This document shows positions 55,901 to 64,000 of a stretch of DNA of 64,000 nucleotides, piece after piece. Position 1 is the first letter of the stretch. Every line of letters begins with the position of its first letter. The stretch is from the NCBI RefSeq assembly GCF_009914755.1, contig NC_060937.1. One strand, given 5' to 3'. The notes under the pieces were generated by a model. That model did not search any database. It had not been told where the DNA came from and was given only the letters and a program-made list of their open reading frames with translations. The translations under genes and the position numbers were made by a program. The stretch comes from the human T2T-CHM13v2.0 reference genome, Homo sapiens.

Positions 55901-58005
55901 GGATGCTTGAAATGAAAAGTCACTCTCCATAGGGTACAGGGTTAAAATATAGGCTTCATGACGTATCTTGTTCAAATTTGGTTTGTCTATTTTTTTGGTT
56001 ATTGTTTATTTCTCAGTCAAGAGCTAAAATAGTTGTGTTAAAGCTTTTCACAGTGGTTGCTCCAGCTACTTTCCCTTTGCATTTATAGTTTGTTTTCTCT
56101 GCATGTTTTGATGCTGTTATTAAATCATCATGGTGTGTTATTTATTCTGTCAATGTAGAATGGCTTCCTTTGCCCCAGTTTACTTTTTGTTTTCATTTAT
56201 TATTTGTTTTGCTTTATATGATTCTTGCTACATGTACTTTGTTTTGCTTGTAGCTTATATAATTCTTCCCATTGTTGATTTTTACTATTTCAATGCAGTT
56301 ATTGTATGAGAAATATACACTTGGATTTGGTTTACAAACACGATATGATAGTAGTGGCCTCTTAAGGAGGAAGATTTGCTTATTTCCACTTATTGTAATA
56401 ATTAAAACACTTGAGCAGCTACTTTTACTTAATTTAAAGGAGTAAATTACATAAAATTTATCAAATGATCATCATAATATATCATATTCTTCTAAATATT
56501 ACATAAATAAAAATTATCAAATAGTATGTCACATAATACATATCATAATTATCAAAAATAAAATGAAAAATCAATTATATAAAAAACATTACATTACTGT
56601 GTAATTACAAGTATGAACAATAGCAATGACTGGGAAAAAATAATGGAAAACATGAAAAACAAGAAATAGAAAATAAAATTATCAATAATCCTACCACCAA
56701 GCAATAAGCACCGTTAAGATTTTGGTATATTTTCTGCCATCTGTACACACTGTTTTGTTTTGCTCAGATCAAGCTATGTATGCTCTTGCTTTTTTTGTCC
56801 ATTATACATATATCATAAGCATTTTTCACATCATTAAACCTTCCTTGTAAACAATATTTTTAATGGCTACAGTTTATTATCATATAGTAGTAACATTTTT
56901 TACTAATCACAATTATATTATGAATACCTGAGTTCTACTATTGTTAATAAGTTTTTAGATGCATTCTAGTTAGTTTCTTAGACTCCAGAAATAGTGTTGC
57001 TTGGTAAAAAATATATTTTCAAAAAAGGGTACCTGATACATAATGCATGACTCCTTTTCAAAAATATGTATCAACTGATGCTCCCGCCATATTGAACTTA
57101 AGGTTAAAAGTTAAATTTAGTTGCACACTAACTAAAATTATCAGTATTTTCTTCATTGTTTTATCTCCCGTGCCTACACAGCGCTTGGAAAATATAGTAG
57201 GCAATCAAAAATATTTTAAATGAATTATTTCTCTACCGGCAATGATGTTAAGACAGAGAAGTTTTAATTCTTTGAAGTTCAAGAGGATATATTTATTTGA
57301 AAAATGAATTAAGTGATTTTTCAAAAATCACATTGCCATTTTTTGAAAGATCCAAGAGTAGAACAGTTTAGTGACTCAAATCTTTATGCTCTTCCTGCAA
57401 CACCTAAAGATATAATCAATTTTTAATTTTTTCTAATTGATTTTGTTTCTATGAATCAACAATATAAAATAGCAGATATTTTAAATATATCATATATATA
57501 TATTTACTTAATTTGGGAAAAGTTAAAGTCAAATTTATCATATTCACCAAATTCAGCACATACCTGCCACATATACACACAAATAAAATTGGTCAATGAT
57601 TAACCGCAAAATAAAAAAAGAGCTGAAAACATGAATCATTCATCTCTGCATACATGAATTATATTGCTTTTATTTGTATAGTCCCCTGAAGGCATTCTCC
57701 AAACCTGATGCAAGGGAAGCTAGAAACTAGGCAGAAATCAATAGTGAGGTGATGGAATTTGGGCGTGCCAGAACATCTAAAAGTAAAGAAGAAAAAATCC
57801 CAGAGAGAAGGAGCCCACAGAGGGGCAGCTCTCAAACATGCATTTAAACACTTACCAAATTTTTGGTGAATCTCTGAGCTGTGCTTGCATGGGTGATACT
57901 CCAAGGAGCCCAGTTAGAGAAAAACTTGTACAAAACTGAAAATGTTGACAAAGATTTCAGCTGCTGCTGGCTACCCATTGCGGGGAAAACATACTTTGGA
58001 ATTAG

Positions 58006-58358
<353 letters not shown>

Positions 58359-61300
58359 TCTCCTCTGAACTTCTTAAAGATATATACCATGGAAGTATTG
58401 ACTAGATCCAAAGAAAAATATGTTCACCTGGGGTAGGGGCAGAGCCCAAATAGACTCACCCCAACACCTGAAACAAGTTTCTACATATTTAAGATGTTTT
58501 ACCACTAATGTAATTGCCTGCAAGAACAAAACAAAACACTCTTCAGAAAAGGATAAATTAATCTAGGGTTGCTACAATGTGTTGTACACAATGTAGAGTA
58601 TACAATAAAAAATTAGTAGACTTGCAAAAAATACCCATGAAAACATCACCTAAGATTAAGAAACAAATTAGTCAAAAAAAAGTAGACCTACAAAGAGCTA
58701 AATTATTGATGTTAACAGATGAGGATTGTAAATAACTATGATAAGTATGATAAAGATTCTTCAGGAAAAGTTAGACACAAAGGGAAGAAAGTGGGATAAT
58801 TTAGAAAGTATAAAAAAGATGAAAAAGAAAATCCTAGAATTCAAAATGCAATACTTCAATTATAAAATTATTTGATGTGATTAATAGCAGAAAAGATAGA
58901 ACAATAGAAAGAAATATTAAAACTGAGGACAAGTTGGCAAAAACCATACAAATTGAAGGACAGAAAAGGAGAGTTTAAAAGATGAATTAAAGGTGTAATA
59001 GTTTGTGGAATTGTAGCAAATAATCTAAAATCCCTGCAACTGACATTCTAGAAGGAAAGAAAACAGAGAATGATTCAGAAAAATGCATGAAGAAATACTG
59101 GCCAGAAAATAAAATTCCATGTTTCTTTAAAAACAGTAACTCATAAACCCAGGAAGCTCAGTAAAGACCAAGGAAAACAAATAGAAAGCTGTATCTAGAC
59201 ATATCATAGTCAATTTCAGAAAACAAATGATTGATAAAGAAAAATACCTATAAAGAAGTAGCAGAGACATATTACATGCAGAAGAATTCCAAAAAGAATA
59301 AGACCTGCCTTCTCATTATGAAAGTTGTAGATCACCAATGAAACAACATCTTTAACATGCTAAAAAAATTTTATTAACTAGAAGTCTATACCCAAAATAA
59401 TAAGCGCCTACACCAAGTTCTTCTTTTGCCATGACAAGAAACACCTACTATAAGCTCTGTCTCCTACTGATTACAATTAAAAGCCCTAGACAAAATACAA
59501 TACCAACTACCTGAGTATTCTGAAATGTGAACAAAAGTGGGTGGCTTGTGAAGAGAAGTCAAAATTAAGAAAGGCAACCATATGACGTGGAGTGGGGATG
59601 GTAAGTTTTCTTACCATCCTGAGCAGTGGCACAGGAAGCTAACACTTCAATAAAAATCCTGTACATCTGACCAGGGATATCTGAAAAGGAGTTCCACACA
59701 GGGCAGAGTGTGTGTGTGGGAATTCCAGAGAGAAAAGAGCTGAAAAAGGAGATTTCCTAATCCTATATGTGAACCTGCACAAGTCTCAGGCTTACCCTTT
59801 AGCTATGTGTGGATGAAACTGACCCAAAACAGTATAACAAAGGTGATGAAAACCAAACTAAGGCTTCAGTCATGGCCCAAGTCTCAGACTAACTCCCAAA
59901 TGGTACATGTGTGTAACAGACAAAGGTGCATAGCATAAGCTTTGAAAACTAAGGTGGTATTTGAACCACCACCCACACAAGGTAAGCTGAACAAGTGATC
60001 TTAACTTACCTGGATGATTACTTGCTAAATCAAGTAACAATAAAAGCAACATTTTTCCAGAAGATCATAACAAGCCCTATAGTTTACACAAAATAATATT
60101 CAAAATGTCCACCATCCAATTCTACATTATTTGACATAAAAAGAGCCAGGAAATCTGACCAATTTTCAAAGAAAACAGCACTCTGGGAAAAGAGCCAGAG
60201 GTTGGAGTTTTTCAGCGTTCAAAGCAGCTAATGTAGCATGTTTTATAAAGTAAAGCTGAGTACACATTAAAAAAATAAAAGACAAGTTCTCAGCAGGGAA
60301 GTAGAAACAATTTTTTTAAATTTGAAATTTTAGAATTGAAAATACAATACCTAAATTAAAAAGTCATTGGATGATATCAACAGCAAAGTGGAGATGACAG
60401 AGGAAAGAGTCAATGAAGTTAAAAATAAATCAGTAAGAAATTTATGTGATCATCATAATACATGCAGAAAACATTTGGGAACATTCAATGTCCCATTTAA
60501 ACTTTCAGCAACAAAAACAAGAAGAGATCTTCCTCAATCTGATAAAGATATCTGTTAAAACAACAACACCTAAAGCTAACTTCATTCTGAATAGTTAAAT
60601 ATTGAACTTGTACCTCCCCGAAATCAGGAAAATTCAAGAATATTCACTCTCACCACTATTATTCAACATTGTAACTGGATGTCCTAAAAAATCCAAAAGG
60701 CAACACATAAATACATACACACATACATACATGTGTACATACATACATACATACAAGCATAGATCTTGGAAAGAAATAAGTAAACCTCCCTATATTCAAA
60801 GATAATATAATTGTCAAAAAGAAAATTCTAATGCATATACAAAAATCTACTTGAAAATATAAGTGAATTTAGCAGTCATAGGATGTAATGTCCAAATTTT
60901 AACAATCAATTGTATTTCTAAATGTTAGCAGCAAGCAACTGGGAAATTAAGTTAAAATAAAAGTACATTTAAAATAGTATCAAAAACATAATTAAATTAA
61001 AAATAAATTTAATGACATGTACAAAGCCTCCACACTTAAAAGTATAAAATGTCAAAAGTATAAAATATTACTAGAAAATGTAAAAGACACATGCACAAAA
61101 CAGAGAGATATATTCGCAAATTTGAAGACTCAATGTTGTTAAGATGTCAATACTTTCTAAAATTATTTATACATTCCATGAAATTGCAGTCAAACGCCAA
61201 ACAGACATTTTGTAAAAATTTAAAATATAATTTTCATATGTATATGGAAATATAGAAGAGCCGTAATAGCCAAAGCAATTTTAAAAATAATTGTGTTAGA

Positions 61301-62318
61301 AATCTTTTACTAGCTGGTTTCACAATTTATCATAAAGCTATTGCAATCAGGACAATATGGTCTTGGCACAATGATAGGCAAAGAGGTCAATGGAATCTAG
61401 AAATAGATCCACATACATATAGTAAATTCATTTTCAGCAAAGGCACTGAAGTAATTCAATGTGTAATGAATAATCTTTTCAACAAATGATGCTGGAAGAA
61501 CTGGAGAATCATATAAGAAAAATTGAATCTCGGTTCAACTCCACTAAAATTAATTTGGTATGGATCACAAACCTAGACATAAAAGCTAAATGCAAAACTT
61601 CTAGAGAAAATGAAGGAATGTGTATATGACCTTGGTTTAAGGAAGTATTTCTTACATAAGACTCAAAGGATTAACAATAAAATTTAAAGATCAATAAAAC
61701 AGAGTTTACCAAAAATGTAGAACTTCTATTCTTCAAAAGATACTATTAAGAAAATAAAATTTTAATCTATAACCTGGAAGAAAAAAATATGTATTATCCT
61801 ATGACTCAGTAATAAAACAAATATTCAAAAGTGTGAATGGAATTTTGAAACAAGAAAAGATGTTAGTGACCAATAAACAGAAAAATATGTTCAACATAAT
61901 TAGCTATCAAAGGAATTAAAACACCGTGAAATGTCACACTAGGGGGGGCGAGAGTTAAAACGTCTGATAATGCTAGGTGTTGACAAGGATGAAGGGCAAA
62001 TGGAACTCTCTTACATTGCTAATAAGAATATAAAGTTGTGCACTTTGCAAAACAGTTTAACAGTGTCTTATATAGCTAAAGAAAAAATTTGTGATTTAGC
62101 AATTCTACTCCTACATTTTTACCATTTTTACCTAAGATAAAAGATATATGTCACAAAATAATGGCATAGGTGTGTCCATTGTAGATTTCTTCATAATAGA
62201 ACAAAACTGGAAACAATCCACATTTCCATCAATAGGTGAATGAACAAATTGTGATATATTCACACAAATACATTCAGCAATAACAAAGATATATGCAACA
62301 ATATGAGTGAACCTTAAA

Positions 62319-62393
62319 AAAACATAATCTTCTTTTCCAGGATCTAAATAAAACATAATCTTGTTTCCTACGATCTAGAAAAAACATAATCTT
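62319..62393 (+). repeat. 31-bp period tandem duplication (AAAACATAATCTT x3)
   Basis: Core at 62319, 62350 and 62381. Confidence 0.85.
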
Positions 62394-64000
62394 GAATGAA
62401 AAAGCTCAGTATAAAATAAAATGTTATATTATTTCATTTATGTTATATTATTCCATTTATATGAAGTTTAAAAATGGGCAAAGCTAACCTATAATCATAT
62501 GACTTAAAAGTGACATTGCCTTTGGGCTGCATAAAAGGGGTTCAACTTCAAAGGGCAAGGGTACAAGAGAACTTCCTGTGGTGTTAGAATATATATAGTT
62601 TATTTTATATATAATAAAATGTAATTATATAGTTTATGTATATAAATAATGTTTTTTGTTTCCAAGATATATGTATTTATCAAAACCCACTGAACTCTAT
62701 AATTAAAATGGATATTTTAAATGTATATGTTATATATTGAATATATAAATTATATATGCAAACAGAATTTTAATTGTTATTAATAGCTAGGCATTTACAA
62801 CTCATGTAAATGAATTAAATGTCATTCAATCTCACAGCACAGTGGTTACGCTGTGGGGTTTAATCTTAAACTATACCCTGCACTAATTTCTGGAAATTTA
62901 TGTTGTTGCCCTGGAAAGTACTACCTTATAGACTGTGGTTGTGGAAAGACTAAATGAGATCATGTATGTAAAGCACATACATTAAAGGGCTTATCTCAGT
63001 AACTGATAGCTACTTTGAAACAAATGTCTGAAAAAAGTTAGTGAGGACTGTGAATGTACATGGATTAAGCATGCTGTTGAGAGGCATGTGTCACCTTAAG
63101 CCTTGGTGTGCTATTTATAGGTGCTCTTGGTGCAGTCCAGGAACTGAAAGACTTGCAACCTCACGACCTTCATTTCCTCCCCTGTACGCAGAGTCTGTCA
63201 TCCTTCTCATAGAGGAACACAACGAGGTAATCGCACTGTTCCATCTCTCAAACCTGTGCTTTACAGCAGGGGCACCCGCACAAACCATGACACACTCAGG
63301 GAGAATCAGAAAACACTACTGTGATTTACTTCTACTGGGGACTTTAGAGGCAGAATTTTGGCTTCCATTCTGTTAAGTGACTCTAAGAAGAAAAAAAATA
63401 GGATTCATTTTGTTTTCTAGACCCTAGGTTAATCTTCCTAAACTACCAGTTTTGCATGGGTAAGGGGGCAGCTCACCAAAGGGTCTGAATTCATCTGAAT
63501 TCACTTTGTGATACTATTTAATGAAAATCATTATGTAATCTTTCATCTAAAATTATTTTGTAAAATCTTAGTGTGATTATGAAAAATACCCATTTACCTT
63601 TTTTTATTATTCAAGGAAAAATAGGTATTCTGACACATATATTTCAAAAGACATAATAATGTATCCAAAAGTACAGTTTTCAATAAAGATAACTAAAACA
63701 GTATGGCCATCAGGGAGAATGGAGATTTTTATCTGTTCTTTTTTTTTTTTCCTCTGGGATTTTTAGGTCTTTCTGCCCAGGAGCAGTGTCAGCACTGGAT
63801 ATAGTGTGCTTGGACATGTTTTATGAAAGAAAATGAGGAAAGGATTTATTGGTCTTTATGGGTTTAGGGCAATCTCCCTGATTCCAGTAAATTATTTAAA
63901 TTGGAAATGACCTGAGCCATTTATTCCTTTTCAAAAAGAAAGAGAAAGTTCTTCAGTTCACCCCGATAGAAATGAGAGCTTAATCTTATCATAAAACTGA

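Noticed and set aside
63041-63376. 111-aa ORF near the window end
   Set aside because: GTG start, no recognisable homology or exon structure; a length that can arise by chance

Overview
AT-rich, repeat-dense primate genomic DNA, almost certainly human: it has a near-consensus AluYa5, an SVA and a human-type UFM1 sequence. Positions 1-~11 kb hold the 3' part of UFM1 (ubiquitin-fold modifier 1) on the + strand. Four coding exons (58, 40, 33 and 68 nt, all with canonical AG/GT borders) splice into ...[66 protein letters not shown], followed by a long 3' UTR with several poly(A) signals. The remaining ~52 kb looks intergenic and is mostly transposon relics (Alu, SVA, L1, L2, MaLR, ERV1 and ERVL LTRs, Tigger, MER5). 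The most notable structures are: (1) a full-length HSMAR2 mariner split by a twin-primed, 5'-inverted L1PB with its TSD; (2) a 15-copy 31-bp minisatellite built on a perfect 22-bp palindrome at an LTR end; (3) back-to-back hairpins with intact CpGs just downstream of the SVA; (4) a template-switch hairpin scar in an old L1; (5) a (TG)9(TA)7T10 tract at a UFM1 splice acceptor. I found no convincing new gene or novel multi-gene system. Repeat subfamily names come from recalled consensus sequences, not a database search, and repeat boundaries are approximate unless a TSD or TIR is given.
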